A stretch of DNA of 64,000 nt, taken from sequence record NC_023557.1, one strand, 5' to 3'. Both the position numbers and the translations under genes were made by a program. Below the pieces are notes generated by a model that ran no database searches, was not told the origin of the DNA, and worked only from the letters and a program-made list of their open reading frames with translations. How positions within the stretch are numbered: position 1 is the first letter of the stretch; every line of letters begins with the position of its first letter. Of the stretch, positions 18,192 through 27,203 are shown in pieces.

Positions 18192-18767
18192 ATGACGCAA
18201 GAACAGTTTGAAATAACCAAAGCACAGAACGTCGAAGAACCACAGTACCGTGATGTTATCGTTACTGTTGATGGCCTGAATGTTCTGAACATTAATCTGC
18301 CGGGCATCGGTTCCTGGTCGCCACGTTTCAGTGTGCAACTATCTGGTGACCGGGCGCTGAACGATAATGGTCAACGCCATGTCTATAATGCCGCTGCTGG
18401 CATGCTACATGCCTTGATTGTCGGTGACACTGAGCTAACCAACCTGGTACCGCATGCCAATATCAGTCGTGAAGATCTCGACAACGATATCCTGCAGGCT
18501 CGTGAGCTGGTAGAGAAGGCCGTCAATCAGCTGCGGGATAACCCAGGTGATTTATCGTTGTATTGTCACTCGCTGGCAATCACCGTTACCACGGTTGATT
18601 TCGACTTAATCGAAAAGCGCATCCTGAGTGATGAAGCAATGGACAAAGTCGAAGCATTGATCGCACAACCTGCTGAAGCGTCGGAAGCTCTCACCAAGCT
18701 AGTGACGGGTCCACGTAAGTATCTCATCCGTGAAGACCTGGGTAATGATGACCAGTCACCAACCTAG
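18192..18767 (+). CDS. hypothetical protein
   Basis: AAGGA RBS, 191 aa. Confidence 0.75.
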   Translation: MTQEQFEITKAQNVEEPQYRDVIVTVDGLNVLNINLPGIGSWSPRFSVQLSGDRALNDNGQRHVYNAAAGMLHALIVGDTELTNLVPHANISREDLDNDILQARELVEKAVNQLRDNPGDLSLYCHSLAITVTTVDFDLIEKRILSDEAMDKVEALIAQPAEASEALTKLVTGPRKYLIREDLGNDDQSPT

Positions 18768-18936
18768 TAATTAAATACTAGACAGTGTAATCATATACGT
18801 AAAGGGGTCTGGTGAAAGCCATATCCCTTTTGGTTATGCTGTCTTTTTTTTTGGTTAAGAAATACTAGCCTTCTCCATTATATGCAATTTACACGATACA
18901 CTTTTCTATTTATTACATCAGCAAGAGAGATAAGAC

Positions 18937-19080
18937 ATGAGCGCACCTGAAGAATTTGATATGGACGGCCTGGAATCACTGGATCTGGAAGGCGCTGAGA
19001 AAGCGGCAGAAGAGAAAGCAGCCGGTGGTGGCGAAGCCCTGTCTGACGGCGAAGCAGATTGCGAAGGCTGCAAGATCTAA
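18937..19080 (+). CDS. 47-aa acidic peptide ending in an NrdA-like redox tail (DCEGCKI); not in ORF track
   Basis: MSAPEEFDMDGLESLDLEGAEKAAEEKAAGGGEALSDGEADCEGCKI*; purine-rich RBS region; codon usage like neighbouring phage genes. Confidence 0.75.
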   Translation: MSAPEEFDMDGLESLDLEGAEKAAEEKAAGGGEALSDGEADCEGCKI

Positions 19081-19133
19081 ATGCCGTGATGTGAATCGGG
19101 TCTGATATGGGATCAGTTAACCGAGGAAACATC

Positions 19134-19433
19134 ATGAACATCTATCTTGTCCAACGCAAATCAGAGTCCCGTTACACACCGGATTCATTTATCGCTGTTG
19201 CAACATCGACCGAAGAGGTGCTGATGATTCACCCTAGCTACTTTCAGGGAAAGAACACGCCTGTGAAGTTCGACGAGGCAATGGCCGCCCTCTGGGCGAA
19301 TGAGTTATCCGATCGTCCAATGGATCATCAATGGGTTACCGATAAGAACGAGCTCGAGGTCACCTATCTGGGTCAGGCTGCGATGGAGTTCACCGGCCCC
19401 ACGATCATTGAGATGTGGTACGGGTACGCCTGA
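19134..19433 (+). CDS. conserved phage hypothetical protein
   Basis: GAGGA RBS; MNIYLV...Y..DSFI.VA...EE...IHP pattern. Confidence 0.7.
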   Translation: MNIYLVQRKSESRYTPDSFIAVATSTEEVLMIHPSYFQGKNTPVKFDEAMAALWANELSDRPMDHQWVTDKNELEVTYLGQAAMEFTGPTIIEMWYGYA

Positions 19434-19439
19434 TCATAC

Positions 19440-19466
19440 GGGGAGGCTTCGGCCTCCCTTTATGCC
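19440..19466 (+). terminator. hairpin + TTTATGCC tail
   Basis: GGGAGGC-ttcg-GCCTCCC then TTTATGCC. Confidence 0.75.
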
Positions 19467-19510
19467 GGTCGTTATCCTATGACTTGTATTTGGCAGGTCT
19501 GAGGTGACGT

Positions 19511-20122
19511 ATGTTTAAACGTTTCATGTTCTATCTGTTCAGTAAGTTATTTGACCATAAAGGGGAGTACACCATGTCCGAAGCAGTGAAAGATCAGCAA
19601 AGCAATGATGTTAATGCAACCAACGATGTTGAGGTGCAGCCAACACCTGCTGAGACCTCTGCACCGGAACTGGCATCTAACGATGTGGTTGCCGCACCTG
19701 AAGCCGCAGGCGATGCCCGTCCTGAAGTCCAGGATACGGCAGAGTCGACGCCAGTGGTGATTGAACCGGTTGCAGTTGCTGAACCATCCGCACCTGTCGT
19801 GGCACCTGCTCCTGTTGCTGTACCTGCGGCTGAGCCAGCTCCCGCACCTGTAGCACCGACCACCCCGACCGACAGCGATAAGACTGAAGGCGAACCCGAT
19901 ACCAATCGCTTCGACCATCTGGCCAGCACCTTGAAGAGTTTACTTCAGGTAGCCGGTCATGAGCTCGACGAAGCATTTGACGATGCAGTACCTTTGGCAA
20001 AACAGATCGCTTCCAGTGACGAAGAGTTCGGTGACAAGCTGAAAGACATCCTTGTGGTTGTCGGTCGTGAATACGGCGAAGCTTTCCATCATTTCTTCAG
20101 CTATGCGAAGAAGCACATCTAA
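19511..20122 (+). CDS. Ala/Pro-rich protein with duplicated C-terminal helical motif (alternative start 19572)
   Basis: GAGGT RBS at 19511, GGGGAG RBS at 19572. Confidence 0.75.
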   Translation: MFKRFMFYLFSKLFDHKGEYTMSEAVKDQQSNDVNATNDVEVQPTPAETSAPELASNDVVAAPEAAGDARPEVQDTAESTPVVIEPVAVAEPSAPVVAPAPVAVPAAEPAPAPVAPTTPTDSDKTEGEPDTNRFDHLASTLKSLLQVAGHELDEAFDDAVPLAKQIASSDEEFGDKLKDILVVVGREYGEAFHHFFSYAKKHI

Positions 20123-20128
20123 GAAAAC

Positions 20129-20159
20129 AGGGGGTGGGATTTCCTGCCCCTTTTATGCC
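20129..20159 (+). terminator. hairpin + TTTATGCC tail
   Basis: GC-rich stem then TTTTATGCC. Confidence 0.65.
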
Positions 20160-20200
20160 GATTATCTTATAACTGACTTACATCATTAAAGGGTTTTACC

Positions 20201-21166
20201 ATGACAGTTATTCAGCACGAGGCTATTGGTTATTGCGGGCATGCCATAATGGTGCACCAAATGGAAAAAGATCAAGTAACCATTAAGCAATACGCAAAGC
20301 AGTTGGAAGGTGCCGGGCTGGAGGCGTTTGATACTCCTTCGCACAAACTGGTACTGCAGGGTATGTCTGCTCGCTACGGCGACTACATGAAACTTGGTTC
20401 TGGCCAGGAAGGCTTGGGAACAATGGTTCTGTTGGGAGTGGCTATCGGTGGTGGGGTAGCGGCATATAAGAAATTGATGCTGGCGAAAAACTCGCCGATT
20501 ACAAAAGATATCAGTGATGTATTGAGTAAGGTCACTGAAACCTACACCCCGAAATGGCTCGAAGGTAAAACCTCGGTTAATAAAGATGTGACTTGCGGAA
20601 AACTGAATAAGTTATTCGGTGGGTCGGAGTTGTCAGTACTTGATACTGCAGCCATCAAATACGCCACCCAAGCTGAACGTGAAACAAAAGCAGCCGGCGT
20701 ATATTTGACAGGTGCGTGGGATAAAATAAAACCTCTGTTGGAGCGGTGGAAGAAAGCTGGTGAAGGGGAGGAGGATGAAGTCATCGAGCTAATGACTGAT
20801 CTATACCCAGAACCACCTTACTCCACCATGCCTGTTATTCACGCCACTACCCCTGGCGGTAAAGGTGAAAAAGTTAAAGCTCTCTCAGAGGCTGAATACC
20901 CTAAAGCCGTTGCGTTATTGAAAGCACTCCTGAAAGCCGCCGAAGAAGTCGACGGGATGTCTTATGATATTGCCAATAGCGTTGGATTTAAAGATCACTG
21001 GTACGAGGGTATCCCGACCGAGAAACGTGGCGAGGAGCACGCATTCCAATATGGACACTACCGCTACTACCTTGACCATTATGGCGTAAAGACGTGGAAC
21101 CAACACGAAGCATTGATCAATGCAGCGCGCGGCGTCGAGGAATGGATCACCAAGTCATTTAAGTAA
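20201..21166 (+). CDS. probable internal head (virion) protein
   Basis: N-terminal AGLE / SGQE prohead-protease-type sites; WITKSFK end typical of phiKZ-like head paralogs. Confidence 0.55.
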   Translation: MTVIQHEAIGYCGHAIMVHQMEKDQVTIKQYAKQLEGAGLEAFDTPSHKLVLQGMSARYGDYMKLGSGQEGLGTMVLLGVAIGGGVAAYKKLMLAKNSPITKDISDVLSKVTETYTPKWLEGKTSVNKDVTCGKLNKLFGGSELSVLDTAAIKYATQAERETKAAGVYLTGAWDKIKPLLERWKKAGEGEEDEVIELMTDLYPEPPYSTMPVIHATTPGGKGEKVKALSEAEYPKAVALLKALLKAAEEVDGMSYDIANSVGFKDHWYEGIPTEKRGEEHAFQYGHYRYYLDHYGVKTWNQHEALINAARGVEEWITKSFK

Positions 21167-21174
21167 TCGCTACG

Positions 21175-21205
21175 AGGGGAGGGATCACACCTCCCCTTTT
21201 ATGCC
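21175..21205 (+). terminator. hairpin + TTTATGCC tail
   Basis: GAGGGGAGG..CCTCCCC then TTTTATGCC. Confidence 0.7.
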
Positions 21206-21250
21206 GGGCGCGGAATCGTATAGGTGCTTTTGCCAACGAGGAATCTTATC

Positions 21251-22033
21251 GTGTTTGAAATGCTTTTAGGCGGTAGTCCGAACGGGAACTTGCCATTTGG
21301 GCAGTTGTTAGCCAAAACAACAACAGACTTTACAGTCCCTGCTGGAGTGACCGATATTTCCGGTGTTGCTATCGGCGGTGGGGGCGGGAACTCACGCGGC
21401 AACACCATTGGTGGGTCAGGGGGTGATTTGCGCTGGCGGAATCACATTGCCGTTATTCCAGGTGAAGTGCTGTCACTTATTACCGGTGTGGTAACAGCGG
21501 CTGGGAAACCGGGCACCTCCAGTAAGATCATCCGTAAGTCAACCGGCGAAGTATTACTGATCGCTAAAGGCGGTGACTCCACTGATGTATCAACACCGAT
21601 CAATGGAGCTGATATAGGTGGCGGGAACGGTGGTGCTGGTACCAATCCATCAGGTGGTGGTGCTGGCGGGTATACTGGCAATGGTGGTAAAGGTGGTTCA
21701 GCTGCCGATGTTGACTCTGGCGGTGGTGGCGGTGGTAGCTCTTATACCTTCAGCGGAAACAGTTTTGGTTGTGGTGGTGGGGGTGTCTACCCTAACGGCA
21801 AAGGCGCTGATGGTGGTGCGCCGCCTGTCAATACCGGTAGTCAGGCATTTGGTGGCAGAGGGGGTTCTGGTGGTAATCCTGGTCAAAACACGAATGGGGG
21901 CTTATACGGCGGTGGTGCTGGCGCACCCGTTAGGATAACCTTTGCAACAGCAGGGGCTGCTGGATGTGTCCGACTCATCTGGGGTTCGGGTCGTGCTTTC
22001 CCGGCTACAAAGACCGCAGATATTACAGCATAA
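21251..22033 (+). CDS. glycine-rich virion/tail-fibre-associated protein
   Basis: GTG start MFEMLL; F.VPAGV..IS.VAIGGGG; paralog of 33529..34368. Confidence 0.7.
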   Translation: MFEMLLGGSPNGNLPFGQLLAKTTTDFTVPAGVTDISGVAIGGGGGNSRGNTIGGSGGDLRWRNHIAVIPGEVLSLITGVVTAAGKPGTSSKIIRKSTGEVLLIAKGGDSTDVSTPINGADIGGGNGGAGTNPSGGGAGGYTGNGGKGGSAADVDSGGGGGGSSYTFSGNSFGCGGGGVYPNGKGADGGAPPVNTGSQAFGGRGGSGGNPGQNTNGGLYGGGAGAPVRITFATAGAAGCVRLIWGSGRAFPATKTADITA

Positions 22034-22092
22034 ATGTTAAGGGGTAAATAGGTTATAAATATATGAAACCCTTTCCTCAGTGAGATTGAATT

Positions 22093-22671
22093 ATGGCCAA
22101 GATGACTTTCTATTATGCTTCGATGAATGCCGGCAAATCCACCGCCTGCATCCAAGCAGGTTACAACTATTTAGAACGCGGACTGCGGGCCTTGATGATC
22201 AAGCCTGAAGTTGATAACCGCGATGACACAGAGAAGGTCAGCTCGCGCGTCGGTCTCAGTGCGAAGGCGGTTGTTTTTGACAGTGAGGTTAATCTAACCG
22301 AACTGGTATTACACCAGATGAAAACTTCCAAGGTCTCAGTGGTGCTGGTTGATGAGGCGCAGTTCCTGACACCGGATCAAGTCAAAGAGCTCAGTGACAT
22401 CGCCGACTTCGAAGACACCCCCGTGGTCTGTTATGGTTTGCGTACTGATTTCCAGGGTGAGCTCTTTCCCGGGTCTGCGGCCTTGATGGCTCGCTCAGAT
22501 CGCCTTAAAGAACTGATCGGTGTTTGCCACTGTGGCAAGACAGCTCACTTCGTACTGCGTCGTGATGACAAAGGTCAGGTGGTGAAAGAAGGCGAGCAAA
22601 TCCTGATTGGCGGGAATGACCGCTATGAAGCAGTGTGTCGCAAGCACCATCGCGTTGCTATGCTGAGTTAA
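22093..22671 (+). CDS. tdk: thymidine kinase
   Basis: YASMNAGKST, SSRVGL, VLVDEAQFL, CYGLRTDFQGELFPGS, CHCG, IGGNDRYEAVCRKH. Confidence 0.97.
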   Translation: MAKMTFYYASMNAGKSTACIQAGYNYLERGLRALMIKPEVDNRDDTEKVSSRVGLSAKAVVFDSEVNLTELVLHQMKTSKVSVVLVDEAQFLTPDQVKELSDIADFEDTPVVCYGLRTDFQGELFPGSAALMARSDRLKELIGVCHCGKTAHFVLRRDDKGQVVKEGEQILIGGNDRYEAVCRKHHRVAMLS

Positions 22672-22686
22672 GCCTAAGAGGTAGGT

Positions 22687-23403
22687 ATGTTAGAAATGAT
22701 AATGGCGATGCCAAAGGCGCTGATACCTAAAGCCGGTCAGCCGCTGATGGGGTTTAACTTTGATCAGGGTAAAAGCATTAGTGCACCGAGTGCAACCGCG
22801 TACTCCGGCGGGGCGATTGAAACACTTAGCGCCAGTAACGCCCTTGCGGGATATGGTCGTAGCTTGCGTTGTAATGGCACTGTCACCAACGTTACCCCGC
22901 TGAGCGCATTATCAACCCTCGGGCTGGGTGATTTCACTTTAGAGTGTTACGCCTGGATGACCACGATTCCCAGTGCCTATTTCCAGCTCTTCCTGCTCCA
23001 GTTCGCTAACGGCAAATACCTCACCATCCGTGTGGGTGATGGCGGGTACGGCCAGCGCATGCAGGTAGGGATCGATTTAGGCAATGGCGGTAACTACTGC
23101 AGTAGCAAGACTGGTCCTTCATTGCGTAACGGCTGGCACCATTATGCTTTTGTGCGTAAAGCCGGGAAGTGTCGCTTCTTCATTGATGGGCAGCTTCAGT
23201 TACTGGCGCTGGGCACTAGCACCACCTTTAACCTCACTGAGTTTAACGGGAACTTTGATCTGTCGGGTAATTTGAGTTCGTTCGCTATTGGTAAAGCCAA
23301 CTCCGGTGTAGGTGATATGTACATGCCTGAATTCCTCTTGTCCAATACCGCACGCTATCAAGAAACCTTTACACCACCTCCCGGTCCTATCTACCGCCCG
23401 TGA
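22687..23403 (+). CDS. LamG/concanavalin-A-like domain virion protein
   Basis: GDFTLECYAW, WHHYAFVRKAG..RFFIDG, E..LSNTARY..TFTPP. Confidence 0.75.
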   Translation: MLEMIMAMPKALIPKAGQPLMGFNFDQGKSISAPSATAYSGGAIETLSASNALAGYGRSLRCNGTVTNVTPLSALSTLGLGDFTLECYAWMTTIPSAYFQLFLLQFANGKYLTIRVGDGGYGQRMQVGIDLGNGGNYCSSKTGPSLRNGWHHYAFVRKAGKCRFFIDGQLQLLALGTSTTFNLTEFNGNFDLSGNLSSFAIGKANSGVGDMYMPEFLLSNTARYQETFTPPPGPIYRP

Positions 23404-23409
23404 CATTCT

Positions 23410-23436
23410 GCCAGGGTTTGTCCCTGGCTTTATGCC
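23410..23436 (+). terminator. hairpin + TTTATGCC tail
   Basis: GCCAGGG-tttgt-CCCTGGC then TTTATGCC. Confidence 0.7.
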
Positions 23437-23452
23437 GCCCAAAGTATCTCAG

Positions 23453-23471
23453 TCCTACATTACCCTTGTGT
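23453..23471 (+). promoter_or_regulatory. putative phage early promoter
   Basis: TCCTACATTAC-cctt-GTGT. Confidence 0.6.
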
Positions 23472-23526
23472 AGAAAACAACATTGTTAACTTAACCTATA
23501 GTGTTTTAGCTGGGAGGTTTCTTAAG

Positions 23527-23889
23527 ATGAATCACTTATTATTGGATGTGACCGAGAATGTCACCCCGATCACGCGCCAATTTACCAATACCGATTGGGA
23601 TGGCATCTTGCGTGATGTTAGCTTGTACATCATGCGCCTTTACTGTGCCTCCCGAGTACTTGGCGAGCATATTCCCCATAACCCTGCGGCGCACTTAAAG
23701 GACATTCAGTGGCGCTATGGCTTTGACCCGAATGACGGGCCGGTCTCGGTAGAGTTTGTGAAACTGTATAAATGCCTGAGTGAGGCCATCGGGCTTTATG
23801 TGACACAGACTAACCCCACTAAACTGTTAACCGTAGTACGTGTTTCAACGGCTAACAACATTTTTCAACTGCACTTAGGATATGCCTGA
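23527..23889 (+). CDS. hypothetical protein
   Basis: GGAGG RBS; translationally coupled to next gene. Confidence 0.75.
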   Translation: MNHLLLDVTENVTPITRQFTNTDWDGILRDVSLYIMRLYCASRVLGEHIPHNPAAHLKDIQWRYGFDPNDGPVSVEFVKLYKCLSEAIGLYVTQTNPTKLLTVVRVSTANNIFQLHLGYA

Positions 23890-25598
23890 TGTCATCATTA
23901 ACCACCAATGAAGTTGTTGAGCATTTAGACCAGTACGTAATTGGACAGGTAAATGCCAAACGGGCGATCGCATTGGCGTATCGTGAACGAAGCTTGAAAG
24001 CGGAGAACAGCGGCGAAGGCTGGCGTTATATCACCCCGTCTAACATCATGATGGTCGGGCCGTCAGGCAGCGGTAAGACGGAACTGGCTAAGCAGTTAGC
24101 GGACATGACCAACTCACCTTTTGTAAAATGCGAGATCACGGAGTTCACACAAGTCGGTTACTACGGGCGTGACGTTAAAACCATTTTGACTGATCTGTTG
24201 AAAGAAGCCATTCGGATTGCTCCGGAGATCTGGCGGAAAGAGAACAAACCAAAACTCAGTAAAGCGAACCGTGACCTGCTGGCACTGATGCTCAAAGACC
24301 CAGAGACGTTGGATGCCTTTGCTAAAGCACTGAACATCACCGCTGATAAATGCACCGTGCCGTTTGTGGAAGAGAAACTCCTCAACGGCACCACCCTGCG
24401 TAAGCTCAATGTGCGTTATGGCTGGCGGGCGAATCCTTTATTGGCAGCCATCGATAAGCGGGCGGATAAACCGGAGAAGGGAGAAGAAGAGCCCCCAATG
24501 GAAGATGCAGCGGCGTGGACACAGTGGTATGTCCGCACCAAGATGAACTTTAGCAAGCTCGGGTATTCAGGCACTGAAGACAGCCTGGTGAAAGAAGCCG
24601 CTCGCGTGTTAGAAGCGATTCCTATTAAGGATAAGATGGAACCGGTGCTGATTGAGGTGATTGGCGAAACCCTTAATGAGAAACGCAAAAAGATCATCGC
24701 TGCCCGCGGTGCCAGTCAACCGAAACTGATTCGCCTGTTGCTGGATGAGAAAGACTACAAAACCCTATGCCGTAAGCTACTGGAAACAATGGGTTCCCGA
24801 CTGTGGATGAAACTTGATACCATCATCGATATTGGTGATGCGCTGAATCAAAGCAAGAACCCACCGCCGGACTTCATTGTTAAGCTGGTTGAAGAACGTG
24901 GCATTGTCTTCATTGATGAGTTCGACAAGATCTTCCTCGACAGTCGGGGTGAGAACGTCGGTAACATGGGTGTAGTGCGTGACCTGATGCCTTACCTCGA
25001 CGGGGTCGTGACTGAAGTCTCTACGGTCAATGAACGTGAGCGGGGCGGTGGGTTATTTGGTGAACGTAACGAGAAGTACATCATCAATACCGCTAATATC
25101 CTCTGGATCGCGTCAGGTGCGTTTCATCTCGCTAAGGTGAGTGATGTGCCCGCTGAGATCTTAGGACGTCTCCCAGTGCATGTGAAGCTCAATCGCTTGA
25201 CTGCAGACGATCTGGAAAAGGTACTCATCAAACCCCACGGGTCAATCATTGCTGGCGTGACACTGCTGATGTCAGCGGAAGGGGCTGAGTTCGTTATTGA
25301 CGCCGCTGCAATTCGTGCTATTGCTGACCTGGCCTATGAGTGCAATACCGTCGGTGAGGATACCGGGGCACGTCGTCTGAAAGGCGTCTGCTTCGAGTTG
25401 TTCCGCGACATGCTCTATGGTGCATCGAATCTATTACCTGACCAAAAGAAAGTGCACTTCACCGCAGAGCAAGTAATGGCTGAACGTGAACGCATTCTGG
25501 CGACTGTTGAGCGCCGTAAAGAAAAACCCAAAGAAACCGACCCTGCTCAGCGCTTTGCAAAAGCCATGAAAGAGCTCGGGACTTTGGTTAACAATTAA
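23889..25598 (+). CDS. HslU/ClpX-like AAA+ ATPase
   Basis: LDQYVIGQ..AKR, Walker A GPSGSGKT, EFTQVGYYGRD, Walker B IVFIDEFDK, GRLPV, GARRL. Confidence 0.88.
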   Translation: MSSLTTNEVVEHLDQYVIGQVNAKRAIALAYRERSLKAENSGEGWRYITPSNIMMVGPSGSGKTELAKQLADMTNSPFVKCEITEFTQVGYYGRDVKTILTDLLKEAIRIAPEIWRKENKPKLSKANRDLLALMLKDPETLDAFAKALNITADKCTVPFVEEKLLNGTTLRKLNVRYGWRANPLLAAIDKRADKPEKGEEEPPMEDAAAWTQWYVRTKMNFSKLGYSGTEDSLVKEAARVLEAIPIKDKMEPVLIEVIGETLNEKRKKIIAARGASQPKLIRLLLDEKDYKTLCRKLLETMGSRLWMKLDTIIDIGDALNQSKNPPPDFIVKLVEERGIVFIDEFDKIFLDSRGENVGNMGVVRDLMPYLDGVVTEVSTVNERERGGGLFGERNEKYIINTANILWIASGAFHLAKVSDVPAEILGRLPVHVKLNRLTADDLEKVLIKPHGSIIAGVTLLMSAEGAEFVIDAAAIRAIADLAYECNTVGEDTGARRLKGVCFELFRDMLYGASNLLPDQKKVHFTAEQVMAERERILATVERRKEKPKETDPAQRFAKAMKELGTLVNN

Positions 25599-25613
25599 CC
25601 CTCTGGAGTTGTC

Positions 25614-26153
25614 ATGGACCACAATACTGAGCTTTGTACGTTAAACCCGAAAGTCTTGATTCAGAATGAGCTGTGTCGCTTCATTCGTCTGTACGCTTTG
25701 TTTAATGACATGGATGTCCACGATGTGAACGCAATAACCAAGAAGATCAATTCTGGCGATTGTGGTCTGGCGGCAATTACTGTGCACCATCTGCTAAAGG
25801 AAAAGTACAAACTGGATACGGATATCCTGATGTGCCGTAATCACTGTTGGCTGGCTTATCAGGAAGGTGAATACGATACGGCCTTTCCCGGCGGGTACAC
25901 GAAACGGGTGGTGGAAGTCTGGGACGGAAGCCCGGATGAGTCTGTCCACTACTTGACCTTTCAAGAAGCGTGTGATGAATGGATGCCGTTGGATGTCAAA
26001 GGGGCTTACATTGTAAAAGCCTTCTGTGCCATCACGTGGACACAGTTTCCCAAAGAGCTTCAGCATTGCTTAGACAATGCGGACGAATATGAGATGCCGG
26101 GTATTGCAGCGCAGTATGAGGCGAAATGTAAATTTGTCACTGACAAGATGTAG
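25614..26153 (+). CDS. possible transglutaminase-like cysteine protease
   Basis: SGDCG..A..V..LL, NHCWL, EYD: Cys-His-Asp order. Confidence 0.5.
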   Translation: MDHNTELCTLNPKVLIQNELCRFIRLYALFNDMDVHDVNAITKKINSGDCGLAAITVHHLLKEKYKLDTDILMCRNHCWLAYQEGEYDTAFPGGYTKRVVEVWDGSPDESVHYLTFQEACDEWMPLDVKGAYIVKAFCAITWTQFPKELQHCLDNADEYEMPGIAAQYEAKCKFVTDKM

Positions 26154-26160
26154 GTGGATT

Positions 26161-26700
26161 ATGTCTGACGTTATCGTTATTCCTCGTTTAAGTGTAGTGA
26201 AGGGTGGATCGTATCAGCAGGTCAGTGGCGGTGTGTTAGCACAGCTGCGACTTATCCTTGGTCCGGATATCCGCAACGTTGTACTGCATGGCGCTCAGCG
26301 CAGTCATGCCAAGCTGTTAGTGGATGCGCTGCGGGCGGAGTACGAGCCCTTTGGTGTGACGCTGCAGTTCAACGCCAAGCCGTTGTATGACACGCTGGAC
26401 ATCAGCTGGCCAGACAGTGATGCGGTGACGATCCTCACCCTTCGCCCTGAAGAGTTTGATATCGAAGCGCCGTTACGTCTGAGTCACGATACCCACATCG
26501 TGGTTATCAGTACCAAACCGATCCTGACCACCCAATTGCTCAATCTCTACGACCATGCCGTTATGAGCGGTGTGCACGTCACCCTGTTCACCACTGGGTA
26601 TGTCCCAGCTGGGATCGTGTTGCTCGAGCCGTTGGAAGGGTTTGTTTATCAGCCGATGATTGACAACGTTATCAAGACACGGGCGATGGCACACGTGTAA
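26161..26700 (+). CDS. hypothetical protein
   Basis: AGGTGG RBS supports start at 26161. Confidence 0.7.
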   Translation: MSDVIVIPRLSVVKGGSYQQVSGGVLAQLRLILGPDIRNVVLHGAQRSHAKLLVDALRAEYEPFGVTLQFNAKPLYDTLDISWPDSDAVTILTLRPEEFDIEAPLRLSHDTHIVVISTKPILTTQLLNLYDHAVMSGVHVTLFTTGYVPAGIVLLEPLEGFVYQPMIDNVIKTRAMAHV

Positions 26701-26724
26701 TTGGCGACATAATCTGCTGTTTAT

Positions 26725-27144
26725 ATGTTAACCGGCCTCCTGGTTATTCCGGGAGGCTTTTATAGCAGCATTCATTTTTTATCGAGGTTGGGTATGGTTG
26801 GTATTGGCTTATCTATCTGCTTTCGTTTACGTGCAGAAGAAGTCGACCCTTTCTTGGTGGGGGTGTGTAATTACGATGTCCTGATCACCGAGGAGCGGGT
26901 GCCCAGTTTATTGAAAGAGCTGGAGGGGATGTTTAAGCGGGTGATGTATCGTTACGATCACCAGTGTGATTTCAAACTGGAAGGTAACCTGCTGGAGATC
27001 GTGTTGCCGTTTCACCCTAACCCGTTTGAAGGAAAGCTCGCACCGGCAATCACCGTGCGCATCCCTAAAGATGTGAACTATGCGGTGAACGGTTGTATGA
27101 AAGAAACCCATGAAGTGTTGTATCCGCTGACCAAAGCAGCTTAA
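26725..27144 (+). CDS. hypothetical protein (start uncertain)
   Basis: 139-aa ORF in operon orientation. Confidence 0.6.
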   Translation: MLTGLLVIPGGFYSSIHFLSRLGMVGIGLSICFRLRAEEVDPFLVGVCNYDVLITEERVPSLLKELEGMFKRVMYRYDHQCDFKLEGNLLEIVLPFHPNPFEGKLAPAITVRIPKDVNYAVNGCMKETHEVLYPLTKAA

Positions 27145-27155
27145 AGAATTTATAA

Positions 27156-27174
27156 ACCTACATTACTCTCGTGA
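27156..27174 (+). promoter_or_regulatory. putative phage early promoter
   Basis: ACCTACATTAC-tctc-GTGA. Confidence 0.65.
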
Positions 27175-27203
27175 TGTAAGATAATTAACTAAGTGGGTGC
27201 ATT

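Noticed and set aside
21360-21960. GGT/GGC repeats here and at 33700..34200 as possible CRISPR or tandem array
   Set aside because: These are poly-Gly codons inside ORFs, with no constant repeat-spacer period.
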